A DNA stretch of 62,255 nucleotides, counting the filler, from Dimargaris cristalligena (lineage: Eukaryota), in NCBI GenBank assembly GCA_003614675.1. It is 14 parts of 14 records of this genome, joined end to end, with 100 filler letters (N's around TTAATTAATTAA, not from the genome) between each part and the next. Parts side by side here need not be neighbours in the genome. Positions count along the whole stretch, not along the records: positions 44,713 to 48,951 come from ML003798.1; positions 49,052 to 53,397 come from ML003799.1; positions 53,498 to 57,830 come from ML003800.1; positions 57,931 to 62,255 come from ML003801.1; 10 more parts are not named here. One strand, given 5' to 3'. The stretch's first letter is position 1. Each line of letters begins with the position of its first letter. The translations under genes and the position numbers were made by a program. Below, in pieces: positions 48,106 to 60,900 of the stretch. The notes beneath the pieces are model-generated. The model did not search any database and was not told the origin of the DNA. It saw only the letters and a program-made list of their open reading frames with translations.

Positions 48106-51100
48106 GGCGGTGGTGGTGGATGCGTATAAACCCAAAAGTGAATAGTGGCGGAAATGGGGATTGAAACAAGGGACGACTGCAACAGACCAATCGAAATGAG
48201 TGGACGGTGGTCGGGAGAATAATAAAGAAGGACCGCGTCGAGGAAATGGTAAAATGGACAATGGAAATAAAGGGCTAGGAAGGCTCAGGGTCAATAAGTG
48301 CGCGGATTTCAGGCGGAGCAGGGCCACGGCCGATAGGGACATGCAATATGTAGAGACCAGACCAAGCACCAAAATAAAATAAAAGGAAACTGAAGTAAAT
48401 TGGCGGTGAATGGGGTTTTTTAAAATTATTTTTTTAATAAAAAAACACACACGCTGCTAAGACGATGAGTGGATTGGTGTATATATAGGTTATATTTCGC
48501 TCTAGGCTGGCCTGAAAGGATGCGTGGACTATACACAGGGGCCCGGCAAATGGAACATTCGGCCAGTGGTGGTTGTAGTAGAGGAGGGAACTATAGATAC
48601 TGTGGTCGGGGGCCGACTTTACTTTAGAGAAGAAAAAAAACCGGGGATTTGGGTAACCAGACGAGGCGAAGTGCTTGGTTGGCTAAAGGTAACTTGGTTA
48701 AAAAGAACTGAGCAGGAAGAAATGCAGAGGATCTCCCCCGCCCTTGACTTAGCGAATAGAGAAGGGAGGAGACGAGAATAGAAAAGGTGGCTTCTTACTA
48801 CTCATGTAGAATGATTCCTTCCATTAGGCGACAATACACCACTGCAGTGTGGATCGTTTAACCACACTCCACCGGCGCCGGGAGTCTCTAGTATATTGTT
48901 CGCGAATGGCCGTCATCCGCGTGGGTGCGACCAATAACCACCAGGGATTCCNNNNNNNNNNNNNNNNNNNNNNNNNNNNNNNNNNNNNNNNNNNNTTAAT
49001 TAATTAANNNNNNNNNNNNNNNNNNNNNNNNNNNNNNNNNNNNNNNNNNNNAGATCTTCGGGTGCAAATGGCTAATAACAAGGTAGGAAGAAAGTCATCC
49101 CAATTTCGTCAAGGTCCAATGTTTTGTCGACGTATACCTCCCTTGATTTCAGCATGGCAACATTCAACCTGCCCATTAGTGGCAGGATGATAAGCTGATG
49201 TTAAGAGATGGTGGATATTCAAGGACTGTAAATAATCCTGGAAATTATTGTCAGTGAATTGAGCACCACGGTCAGTTAGAATTTGACATGGTAATCCAAA
49301 CACAGGAATTAATTCTTCTCTAAGGAACGCAATGGCCGCTTCAGCAGTAATCTCTGGAATCGCCCAAGCCAGTGGGAATCCAGTGGCATGATCAATCGCG
49401 GTGACCAGATAGTGATTATTTTGGTGAGATCTCACCAAGGGACCAACAAAATCCATGCCCCACATATCCAGGGGTTGTAAGACAGGCGCTAATGGTGTAG
49501 GTTCAACTCATGTAATGGGATAGGACCGGCGATCAATTTGACATCGAGGACATTCACGAACAAAGCGCCGAATAGCACTTAATAATTGGGACCACCAAAC
49601 TCGAGTCTTCATCCGGTAATAGGTGGCCTGATAACCCTCATGACCAAAATTATCATGATATTGGTGTAACTGGCGTTGCCGATCAGCAGGAGGAATGTAA
49701 GGAACTTGATCATTATCAATTAATCGGCAAAGTGAGTTAGTATGGTCATCCCAGCGGAAATTAACCTGTTCCTGCTCCAGTAGTTGTCGGACTTGAGGAG
49801 TAAGTTCAGTAGGTAATGATTCATGGTGTAGTAGAGAACGCATATGATCAATCCAGTTAGCGGGTAGATCGTCAATGGTAAGAGACAATTGCTCAGTCAC
49901 CATATTCAAAGTGGGACTAGGCTCGTGGCAGCGGGAAAGGGCATCCGCTACCAACTGCTGGGTCCCCGGAAGATATTCAATGTTAGGATCAAATTCAAGG
50001 AGCATCTCCAACCAATGATGTAAACGTAAAGGGAGTTTAGCTGTGTGTTTAAGGAACTGTAACCCCTTATGGTCTGAATGGACAGTAAATTTTTGGCCAT
50101 GAATAAAATGACGCCAAGTGGTTAGGGTATGTATAATGGCATACAGTTCAAGTTCATGAGCCGCATAACGGGATTCCGGACTAGTTAATTTTTTGGACTC
50201 ATAGGCAATGGGCTGTAAACCCAAACCCTGGTCCTGCATTAACACAGCCCCCAGTGCAGTAGCCGAGGCATCAGTGAAAATTTCAAAGGGCTGAGAAAAG
50301 TTAGGGTAGATTAGCACTGGGGTACAAGTAAGTTGACCACGAAGGGTCTCAAAAGCCACTTGACATTCTGTGGTCCAAGTTAGTTCTTTAGGCTTATTAC
50401 GTAGAGCACTGGTTAAAGGAGCCACAGTGTCTGAATAATGGCTAATAAATCGCCGATAGTAATTAGTTAAACCTAAAAAGGATTGTAAGGCCTTAATGCT
50501 ACTAGGTGTAGGAAAATCTTGCATAGCTTGAATTTTACGAGGGTCAACACTAACACCACTAGAAGAAATAATATGGCCTAAATATTCTAAAGATGATTGC
50601 CCAAATACACATTTCGATAGATTAGCATATAAGTGATGTTTTTCCAACAGTTGTAAGACTTGCCGTAAATGATCCTGATGACTCTCCTCAGTTGGGCTAT
50701 AAATAAGGATATCATCCAGATAAACCATCGCGAATTTGTCCAAGAAGGGATGTAGAATCCCATTCATAAGGGTTTGAAAAGTCGCCAGCACATTGGTGAG
50801 CCCAAAAGGCATAACCAAGAATTCGAACTGCCCATATCGAGTATTTAGGGCTGTCTTGGGAACATCAGGAGGATGAATGCGGATTTAGTGATAGCCTGAT
50901 TTTAGATCAATTTTGGAAAAGAATTTGGATCCCGCCAGACGGGCAAAAGTTTCATCCACATGTGGCAGTGGGTACCGGTTCTTAATGGTCTTAGTATTTA
51001 ATGCTCGATAGTCAATACACATACGACAAGTCCCATCTTTTTTAGGGACAAAGATAACAGGCGCCCCCCAAGGTGAGGATCCCGGTTGAATCCACCCCTT

Positions 51101-51829
51101 TTGTAAATAATCGTCCAGCTGGGTCCGCAATTCCTGTAAGTCAGCTTGAGTTAATTTGTAAGGATGCCGGTAGATTGGTACAGAGTCACCAGTATCAATT
51201 CGATGGTCAATAGGACGTGGTGGTGGTAAACCCGGGGGCAATGGACCCAAAATAGTGCCACAAAAAGGCTGAAGGATGGCTTCATAGTTAGCTGGAATAG
51301 CCGGGGAAGCCTCATGGGGTGGTTGCACCATGACCATAAACGTAGGCTCAGTTTCCATTTCATTAATAACTTGATCAATGGAAACTAGCTGGGCTGATTG
51401 GCAGTGACTCTCAGGGCTAATACTTGGGCGTCCCTGAATACTAAGATTACAATGAGGTAATTTCAGTTGATAGTCTTGCCAATGGATAGTGGGTTGGTGC
51501 TCCATAAGCCATGGTTGGCCTAGGATAAGATCATATGGGGCTTGTTCAAGGACTAAGGCACTAATGGGGCCATGCCAAGGAGGTAAACAAAGTGGGCTGT
51601 GAATAAAATGAGTTAATTCCTGGCATTGGAGATTACCAAGACTAACAATATAAGGTTGTTTACAAGGCAGTAATTCAAGACCCGCTTGTTCAGCAGTAGC
51701 CTTAGTGATAAAATTATTAGAAGCACCAGTATCAACCATAGCTGTAACACAATGGCCCTGAACCTGACCATCCATAAGAAATAATGGCCGGCCCTTAGGC
51801 CCATCATAACTTCCTAAATCAATGGTATA

Positions 51830-52230
51830 ATTACTGGAACCAAAGCCTTGGTCCTGGTGCTGGGTGGATGGTAAAGATTCTACCAGTTTAAACTGGCAAC
51901 TCATATGGGGTAATAAAACTCCTTGGACTAAGCGATCCCCTTGATAAATGGCCAAATCATGGTCAGTATAATTAGAAAGAACCGCGTAAATAGGACCCCG
52001 GTAGTCAGGGTCAATAACTCTGGCATCCAAGGTATATCCAGTTATGGCAGCACTGGAACGAAGGGCTAGTTGGATATAATATCCTGGTGGGGGCATTACA
52101 CAAATACCAGTATTAATTTTTTCACATTGGCCGGGCTTTAAAATCTTGTTCTCCATACTAGACAAATCAAATGCTACCGCCTGTTCAGACCCCAGAAATA
52201 AATCAGCAACCCAAGGGAAAAGTTTTTTAT
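51830..52230 (-). CDS. Retrotransposon dUTPase domain upstream of protease
   Basis: [38 protein letters not shown] correspond to dUTPase motifs 1-5. Confidence 0.9.
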
Positions 52231-52323
52231 AAGTAAGTGTTAAAGATGGGTGTGAAGAGGGGGAACTAGTGGTATTGATTGAAGTAGCAAGGGCAGAATG
52301 GCCCAAGGATAATGAAAATGGAA

Positions 52324-52369
52324 AACCTTGGTCGGGCCCGGCTAAGCCTCCAAGGTTGGGGAGTTTTTT
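52324..52369 (-). promoter_or_regulatory. -1 programmed ribosomal frameshift signal (A AAA AAC + stem-loop)
   Basis: Gag frame ACA AAA AAC; 5 nt later AACCTTGG-(18 nt)-CCAAGGTT hairpin; the -1 frame is open into dUTPase-pol. Confidence 0.8.
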
Positions 52370-55300
52370 GTCTGGCCCTGATCCAGAGAGTTGGCTTGAG
52401 ACTCAGTTGATGAGTTACGTTGTCTATATTTAGGACACTTGCGAGCCACATGCCCCTTCTGACGACAGGCAAAACAAGATCTGCTAGCTCGGAGGTAGTT
52501 ACGCTCTTCATTGGTCAAGGGTAACAAAGCGTCCAATTCCATGGGCCCAGGACCACTACCCCCTCCATATCCACAATTTCCCCGAGGTCCTCGGTGATTA
52601 CGAATTCCCATTCCGGGCCCGTCAGCATACACAGGGTGGACTTGGCCAGCCAAATTAATGGCTTGACGTAAATTAGTTGGGTATGTAGTAGCTACCGCAA
52701 CCTGAGTATGGGCCGGCAATTTCTCCAGGAATAAAGGGACTACTTCAGCCTGAGACATGTCCGGGATTTGATCAGCCAGTTTCGAAAACTCACTGGTAAA
52801 ACGCTCAATGTTACCTCGGAACTGGAGCTGTTTCAACTTAGATCGCAAGCGGCGGGTAATGGAGGGGTCATAAAATGCCTCCATAATGGAGTCCTGGAAG
52901 TCCTCCCATTGAGTAAAGTAATGACCGCTGCTCTCCTCATCATTGAACCAGCGTAAGGCACGGTGATCCAAGGAGCGGGACACATGCTCAACTTGTTTTG
53001 CCTCAGTAGGAAACAGGCCCTTCGACTGGTTTCGGGCCTTTTCCAACCATGTCTGGACATTTTCTTAGATACCCCCGGTAAAAGCATCCACACGCTCTGG
53101 TTTGGGGCGGCCATAGGTTTCCAAAATCTCACCCCTACCAGTATCTGTCATAGCTGATTGCACCTGAGTCGCAGTGGTACCCGCTTGATGAGCAAGGGTA
53201 CCCGCCTGGGTCGCAGTAGTGCCTGCCTGTCTCGCAGTGGCACTCGCCTGGGCAGCAATAGTTCCCACCTGGGTGGCAGTACTTCCCGCCAATTCCGCGG
53301 CTTGACCAGCTCATACAGCTGTTTCCCCCGCGTCCTCCGCTCGTTTGCCCGCCTTTCGGGCCGTCGAATCCGCCTTCTGGGCCATCTGGCGGGCCACNNN
53401 NNNNNNNNNNNNNNNNNNNNNNNNNNNNNNNNNNNNNNNNNTTAATTAATTAANNNNNNNNNNNNNNNNNNNNNNNNNNNNNNNNNNNNNNNNNNNNTGA
53501 TTAATAAAGAAATACTGTGGTTAACTAAGTAGTCTCAGGTCCTACCACAACAGCTATTAGTCATGCTAAATGAATGGCATAGGAGGAACAGCAGATAGCA
53601 AGCCTTCAGGGCCTAAAGCTCTTATTAAACGGGATATGTTTTACCCCTAGTAAGTATGGCTCAAGCAGCCAATCTGTTGAACCTTATCCACAAGCTTACC
53701 AATGGCCAATCTTACTATTTGGCGCTTATTAGCTGACCATACATATACCGAGGTGACAATCACTCTACCATAGTTTGGTCGCTCTATCAGCTATACCACT
53801 GCTATTTGTCGGACTCTATCCATCCAGCCCATCTTGGACTTCAACCTTTTTTCCTAGTCATTCGCAATTCACCCAGTGCCGTGATTGCTCTTAAAATATC
53901 CAACAATAAGACATGAAAGTGCACTGGATTCCCCTTAGGCGAAGGGCATTACCCACCACTTCTCGGCCACTAGATTAGTGCCCTTGCCTCAACCGCTGAG
54001 ATACCCAACCGTGGCCCCTCTCGCTCAGGTTCCACCTCTTCACAATTGACACTTTAGTTCGTTTCACAGACAAAGTGTCAACCAGAATTTTGTGCTATTG
54101 TATAGCCTGATATATATATATAATGTTATAATTACATATAGAAGTGTTTGGCATATGGTCAAAGAAGGGTTACTATGCTTTTACTTCAGCCTCGACTTAT
54201 ATCAATATTGCTCTATTGTATAGGTGGAAATGGGGCATAGCGATTGGGTTGGGTGGGGGTACTTTCTAGATTATTGCGCAAGGGCCCGGGGTGGAATTAT
54301 TTATAGAAAATTAATATGGTTTTTAATATCCCTGTGTAATCTCAGGTATTTTTATTGAATACCAAACTGACAAATGGCCGACTGCAACTATCAATCAAAG
54401 GGTTGAAAATAGACTAGAGCGCAATAAATCAATGCGGGGATTGAAAGGGCTGAAATACTTGAAGGAAATCGAACAGGGCATGGCGTGGGTTAAATACCTT
54501 TTAAATTGTAAAGTGACCCTACTAATCTCAGTTTGAAGCATAACACATTGAAGGAAATTTCCGGCCGGGACACTCTAGCTATACAGATACACACATCATA
54601 ATTTAGGGACATTAGCTATACCCAAATGTTTCCCCTCCCCGAGTGCTTCCGGTAACGGTGCCAACCCACAACTCAGCCACAAGACCCCCCACCCCAAATA
54701 ATAATAATAATAATAATAATTAAAGAGTCTCATTATCATTGATTTCCAATGATTGCAAGACCTGCTTAATGCGCCCCTCCATCCCCAAAAATATATATAC
54801 AAGAGTTGCAAGTTTAAGACATCGAATACCCCCTTCATTAATTAACTAAGTTCGCTTACATTGGGGGATTAAATGCTTAAACTGAACTCAGTCCCTCAAA
54901 CCTTCGGATATGACTCGAGGTGTGCGCTACATGACTCAGTTAACATAGTATGGCTACATAATTATGGAAAGACAACCTTTATCTAGACTATTCATATAAA
55001 TCACCGAGTATATTGAATCAGATGTATGTGGGGTCTAACTTAACCGGTTTGCCATTAGGGCACATGGTGGCCGATGGGGTTTTAAGCCGAATGATCGAGG
55101 GCGATCAAACATCGTGGTTGTTAGAGCAGAGATGGCCCAAATGCGATTAGCACGATTCACCGGAGTATCCTCCAAAAAACCAAGCCGGACGCATATCTTT
55201 CCCTCGTGTGGCGCAGAAATCAAATTATATAGGCAGAACCAGATGAGATTATCCGTAGTATCACCCCGCCCTTCCGTCGGCCATAAGTAGGGATCACCAG

Positions 55301-55850
55301 CCCCCATATTGATCGTGTTGAACATCGATCACCCGATACTACAAAGAGTCAAGCCCAATACAACCGGCGATTCGTAAGACAGTTAACCTTGTCGAAACTG
55401 TCTTTTAATACTGCCTGTACATTCGTTGGTAGTTGATAGTTGGGTTAGGAAGCAGAACCCAAGGAATATAGGTAATAGTCAATATAGTTATCGCAACGAT
55501 TTACCCTTGCATGAGACACTCCCTTGGCCCATCGAATCCAAGCATATTAGACCATTTGGAATAACTATTTCCTCGTCGCCTATGCCATCAAACGTACGAA
55601 AGTTAGGGAAGCCCACGCAGAGAATGAGTAACCTGCGCTCATATTCTAGTGAATATATAAACCAGTCCACATATTCTCTCGATTTTTACAGTATCTAGCT
55701 TTACATCATAGTCATTCCATCATTCGCCTGACCTTTCTTTCCTCACCCCCTTTACTAATACAAATCGAATAGGTCAATTATTTACCCTTGCAGTACTACA
55801 TTTCTCCCAACACTACTCAGTCTTATTACCGTAGAGCCACCTTCTCAACC

Positions 55851-56261
55851 ATGAAGTGGCTCATCTCCCTCCTTCTGACCACAGCTCTTGTTGCCACTAT
55901 GGGAATGACTGCCGCAACAATTCCTGAAACCCACCGTGCTGTCGCGCCGATGGCCAAGGGCGCACTTGGTATGCTTCACACTAAGCTCCTGACTGCGCCG
56001 CAAGATTTGTTACACCGTCGGGGATATCACAACTACACCCCTGAGCATCGTCGTCGCCTGGCCCTCTCTAAAAAACCTTGCGAGTCTCTGGTCAAGCGGA
56101 CACCTATTCCAATGCCTGTCCCAAAATCATCCGGAGATAACTCTGGTGATTCGGGCCAAAATAAAGTGCGAGCTACTGGCTATAACAATCTCCATATATT
56201 TACTCCGATACTAATTGGGAGCTCAGATTCCAAATATCTCAATTTTTCTTTAGCTTTCTGA
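55851..56261 (+). CDS. Small secreted basic prepro-peptide; 3' end may be spliced
   Basis: MKWLISLLLTTALVATMGMTAA leader, ACC ATG context, TATATAAA at about 55654; dibasic sites RR, RRR, KK, KR. Possible intron from GTGCGA at 56166. Confidence 0.65.
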   Translation: MKWLISLLLTTALVATMGMTAATIPETHRAVAPMAKGALGMLHTKLLTAPQDLLHRRGYHNYTPEHRRRLALSKKPCESLVKRTPIPMPVPKSSGDNSGDSGQNKVRATGYNNLHIFTPILIGSSDSKYLNFSLAF

Positions 56262-57199
56262 GTTACAGTACTGGCCCATCCATTCGTCAAAGATATATTT
56301 GCAAGGCCCTAATTACCCAATCTTACTACGGTTTGCCACTTGCATAGAGTTTTCCTATTCTCTTGTTTATGTATTAAATATATATATATGAGGTTACCAA
56401 GCTAGTGCAATCTCTTTTCAAGCATACCTTATCAATAAATACAACCTGTCATATTTATTATATAGAGTGTGTAGTCTACTGGTCCAATATTAATGAGGTA
56501 TCTTGGTTATTGACACATTACTTTAGTGCTCAAGCTATAAGTAAAAACCTTGCCCTAATATTTGTACTAGAGGTTGCTTCCAACCCAGTTCATCTATACA
56601 GTTTTTTATTTCTATATTAAAGCATACCTGAAGGTGGCCTGATTACTTTGCAGGGCCTAATTAGTTGAGTGCTCACTCAGAGAAGGTGACTGTTGTACTG
56701 CCATAGGCAGGAATGGGTTTTCTGTTCCATAAGTATAAATAGTTATTAAGCCACCAACACACTACCCCAGTTCTCAAACCCCCATAAGCTTACTACTATG
56801 AGAAGTTTTGCTTGATAGCACAGTCACCACTACCATGATCTTCTCCTATTTTAGTTATATTTTGTTTCATTTCTTGTTGTGCTTCATTTAACTTCACAAA
56901 TGCTTAATACTACCCTACAACAGTAGGTATGTTAGCCCTCCTAATCCAACTTGATCTAGACTTAATGATCACTAACCCTTATTAGGCCTTATAGCACCAT
57001 ATTAACCCTCCCATAGGCACCCCTGGTACTCTGGGTTTATCATTTAGTATATGACCCTTCTCCTTCTGGCCCCAACACTTTGCACAAAGCACTCAACCTG
57101 CTGATCCAAAGACTCTTCCAGTTCCCGTGAGAGTCTTCCAGATATGAAGCCATCTGGTTGGACTATTTATCTACCTATACCTTAGTCTTAGTAGCATTT

Positions 57200-57512
57200 C
57201 CCTTGGGACCTTCCTCTGGAGCTGTCCCCACATATATATAACCAGGCCCCACTGGGACCAGTTCAATTCCTTAGCTTATTCATACCCCCCAGTTTACCTC
57301 AATAAACTCTATATATACTCACCCCCTTATACTAACTAATAAGTGTGCCTGCTGTACTTCCCTTGCATATACCTATACTTATCCTTTATTAGTTAGTACT
57401 GTGCCCCCATCCTAATGCTAGTAGCCCACTTGGCCAAGTCTAAGCCCCACCCACTATTAAAAGCCTATCCTCAGGACTCTTGATGGACTAAGGGTGGTTA
57501 ACCTGGGTGATA
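57200..57512 (-). mobile_element. Decayed LTR-like family C copy, inverted relative to 57573..57830
   Basis: Reverse complement starts TATCACCCAGGTTAACCACCCTTAGTCCATCAAGAG and continues to match TTTATTGAGGTAAAC...AATAAGCTAAGG. Left boundary uncertain. Confidence 0.75.
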
Positions 57513-57572
57513 AGGTGCAAGTAAGGAATTGTGATCATTAAATAGAAGAGTACCATATTGATATCTTCCAAG

Positions 57573-57830
57573 TGTCGCCCGAGTTCACCACTCTTAGTCC
57601 GTCAAGAGTCTCAGGGATAGGCTTCTAACGGTAGGCGGGGCGTTGGACATGGCCAAGCGGGCTACTAGTGTTAGGGGCAGTGACAAGACTAACCGAATAA
57701 AGCAAGCATAGGACGTAGGCGAGGTCCGTGCACTAGATGCACACTTACTGGTCAGTACTAGGGGGTGAGCGTATATAGAGTTTATTGAGGTAAACTACGG
57801 GGGTAAGAATAAGCTAAGGTACTAACCGGT
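57573..57830 (+). mobile_element. Young LTR-like family C copy, cut by contig end
   Basis: TG start, CpG-intact, near-identical to 8658..8783. Confidence 0.78.
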
Positions 57831-57931
57831 NNNNNNNNNNNNNNNNNNNNNNNNNNNNNNNNNNNNNNNNNNNNTTAATTAATTAANNNNNNNNNNNNNN
57901 NNNNNNNNNNNNNNNNNNNNNNNNNNNNNNG

Positions 57932-60900
57932 CAATACAACAGTTGCGACGGGCGTACGCGAACTAGTGCGCGGCGATTATGGGGCCAGGTCCATCCTGTG
58001 AAACGGACCGAGTATGGGATTATGAGGCCCGACTATGATCCAGGCCTTACATCCCACTCGCACTCCGATGCAGGCTGCATGCCCGATCGTTTATACGGCC
58101 GTGCCCATTTCTTGGCCACTTTAGCGTACGTGGATATTGAGTTTACCAACGGCCACAACCCTCTACTATCCCAGTCATCATTACGCAGACAGCACTCGTC
58201 ATGCAATGGGGCCGAGGAGTTCGTTGAGCTTCACTGGTGGTTTCAGTCCACCTATCCGGAGGGGCCGAAGTCAACTTCGTCGCAGGGTCCTTCTCCACCT
58301 CACCGTATCTCCACTGTGGTGCGATGGATGGTTGGCCAAGCCGCTCGATTCGCTATTGCCAACCAGGCCCAGGTGGACAAGGTATCGGTGCTTTCGTTGC
58401 TGAAGCGGGCCACTGAACAGTTGGTCGTGCTGCCGGGGCTCTCTACGGATCACCCTCAGTTGCCACATTTGCGCCACACTGCCTACTGGGTACTTGAGTT
58501 GGGGTTCCATTTCGAGCGCGCATTTTACGCTGCCTTGGTGGGTCCTTCTCCAGAGACCGACTCCGCCGTTGTTGTATCCGATTGGCAACAGGTGCGTACT
58601 TTCTACCGGATAAAGCGGGACAGCTTCATTGATTTTTTTGCGACCGTGCGGCCAACATGGCTGGAATTGGCCTCCTATCTCGATCGGTCGGCGGCGACCC
58701 TTTATTTTAATTGCCAGGTAAGTCAGTGTATTAGATTAAATACGACAGTGGGCCCGACTGGGTCTCGGGTCTTGGTGCTGTACGCCTGGCGCCATATGTA
58801 ATCCCCCCTCCATATGAATCTCAGCCTGGCTCTATAGCAACACTTCTGTTGGCTGGGCCGAAATCCGTCCGGATGTTGGATCACCTGGCATCAAGTACTG
58901 CCAACTAACTTTTTGGAAACGGATATAAATATATCATCTATCCGGGCCGGTTTACTAGCAACCCATCGGGCGTCCCCCGCAAATGACAGTTACGACCGTC
59001 CCCGACCCCTCGGAGCATGAGGCCCATAAAGACAATGTGGGATTGGTGCGGAACAGCCTATGTCAACTGGGAAACCCTTACGAATATCAAGTGGTCGCCT
59101 GCTCTCCCTCGGACGAATCCGGCGGGGCTTGGGCGACTGAGCCGTGGTCTCAGTCCCTGCTCACTCGGCTCTCAAGGTTTGCGTACGAGGAAGTGCTCCA
59201 CCTTTTGGACACGGATCCATCATGCGGGTTAGCTCCGGATATCGACGACGAGCTTGCCCGTTTTGCCATTAAATCGTCGCTTTTGGGGGCCTTAATCGAG
59301 CCGGAATCGGTTTCGCGGGCTATCGAAGCTTTATCCACGTTTGATTTGCCAGCGCCACTTAAACTCGGCCCGACCTACGCCAGCGACCAGCAAATCCTAC
59401 GGGCCCTGGCGACTTCCCTCAATCCACCCTCATTATCACCCTTTCCTTTGCATTTGCCGATTTTCGACTGGTCTTCTGCTGCGGCGCTTCCCATGGCGCA
59501 CAGCCAACCTTCCTTACAGACGCTGGACCTTTGCCAACATGCCCTCAATGTGAACCACGTCCTAGGGGTATGCGATGGCGCTGCCCTGGTGCCCCCCAAT
59601 CCATCTGTACTGCGAGGCTCGCTGGCTTCCTTGCCTGACTACAGCTGGTCTGATTGCGAAGGGGAGCCACCCTCCATGGAGTACTTAACCCAGCTCGCTC
59701 GGTACGCCAGTCAGGGCCCACCCCAGGCCAGCCACCACTTTTTCAGTCGTAATTTCCGGCGGTTGGGCGGCTTGCTCCAGTTGAGCTGGAACCAACTACT
59801 TGAGCAAGGACCCAGTCCCGACGAGTCCACCGGGGAATTGATCAGCCCGAAATTACTCTCGTTAGTCGACGCTGGCGAGCGGGCCATTAACTCGGCCAAT
59901 CAAACCCATAATTTTGCCACGGCCAGTTATTTCATCAATCTAACCCGAACTATTTTGGAGTCGAAATGGGCTAAAGGCCTATTGCCCATGACCCGCCGCC
60001 GAGAACATCTCCTGGGCATTCGAATGGCCTTGATTGATACCCTTATAGGCCAGGGTCAGATCAGCGCGGCGCTGGAAACCGTGGAGAATTGTTTGCGTGA
60101 ATTCGGGCAGTGCACTTCACCTGCCGATGGCGCTTTGCGGTTAACAGCCCCATCCCCTCTGTTACAGCCCCTGTACGTTCAATTGGTGCGTTATTGGCCA
60201 TCTTTTTCTTCGCCGGCCCTCCATCTACTAACGGCCTTACTTGGCGGCCCAACGACCGCTTCTCTCCCATTCGGCGAACCCTCCTTAACGGGGGAAGAGC
60301 CCCCTCCAGTTTCCCTACTTCGCGCCACTTTGGCCACCGGGGCCCAGCCGACCCTGGATTCCCCCTTCAATGGAGACTCCGCCCTACATTCCGCCGCGAG
60401 CGCCTACTGGACTCTAGGAAACTATTACGATGCGGCCGTCCAGTCTGCCGGTCCAGGCAATGCCAATGGGACTGCCTCGGGGTATGGTGCCCTGGCGGCT
60501 CGACTGGCCCAAATGGTGGCACAATCAATCGCCCGGCTGGCGCCCTCCCTTGCGCTCATACCTCCACACTCTTTAGTTGAGCAAATTCTAGCGGACCTCA
60601 CTGAAGCTTGGATGGATAATTTACCCGATGGACCACCAGAGGTAGATGCCACTGGTATCCACTGGACTTGGGGTCGCGATGTTTACCTGATCCCTATTCG
60701 TGAATGGCTTCAGGAACACCATCCCACAGCAGTATTTCAACACACTACGGCCCCGCTTGAGGGCGAGGATCTGGGGCCGTTCCTGCGCGACTTTATCGAT
60801 TTCCATACCCGGAAGCGGGCATTGGCCCACGGTGCCGCGGAATTTTATAGCCGTTGGCTGCGAGTGTCTAGCCGCTGTACCCGTTCAACAGGCCATTCCT

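Larger units (their letters stand above)
49052..53397 (-). mobile_element. Ty3/gypsy retrotransposon: gag, -1 frameshift, dUTPase-PR-RT-RNaseH-IN; inactivated by in-frame stops; both ends cut
   Basis: Gag with GPMELD and CFACRQKGHVARKC; MVDTGAS protease; SPWGAPV.FV.KKDG, YLDDILI RT; TDAS, DALSR RNase H; H-H-C-C and WGMDFVGP, LTDRG, AYHP.TNG integrase. Single-codon stops at 53065, 50885, 49508, 49109. Confidence 0.96.

Noticed and set aside
50885..50887. In-frame stops in pol as programmed readthrough or an alternative genetic code
   Set aside because: Stops are mixed TAA and TGA at positions expected to be Gln/Arg, host genes use standard stops, and the pattern fits C-to-T decay.
54698..54720. 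(AAT)n and several (TA)n tracts (about 5704, 13217, 20358)
   Set aside because: Ordinary microsatellites.
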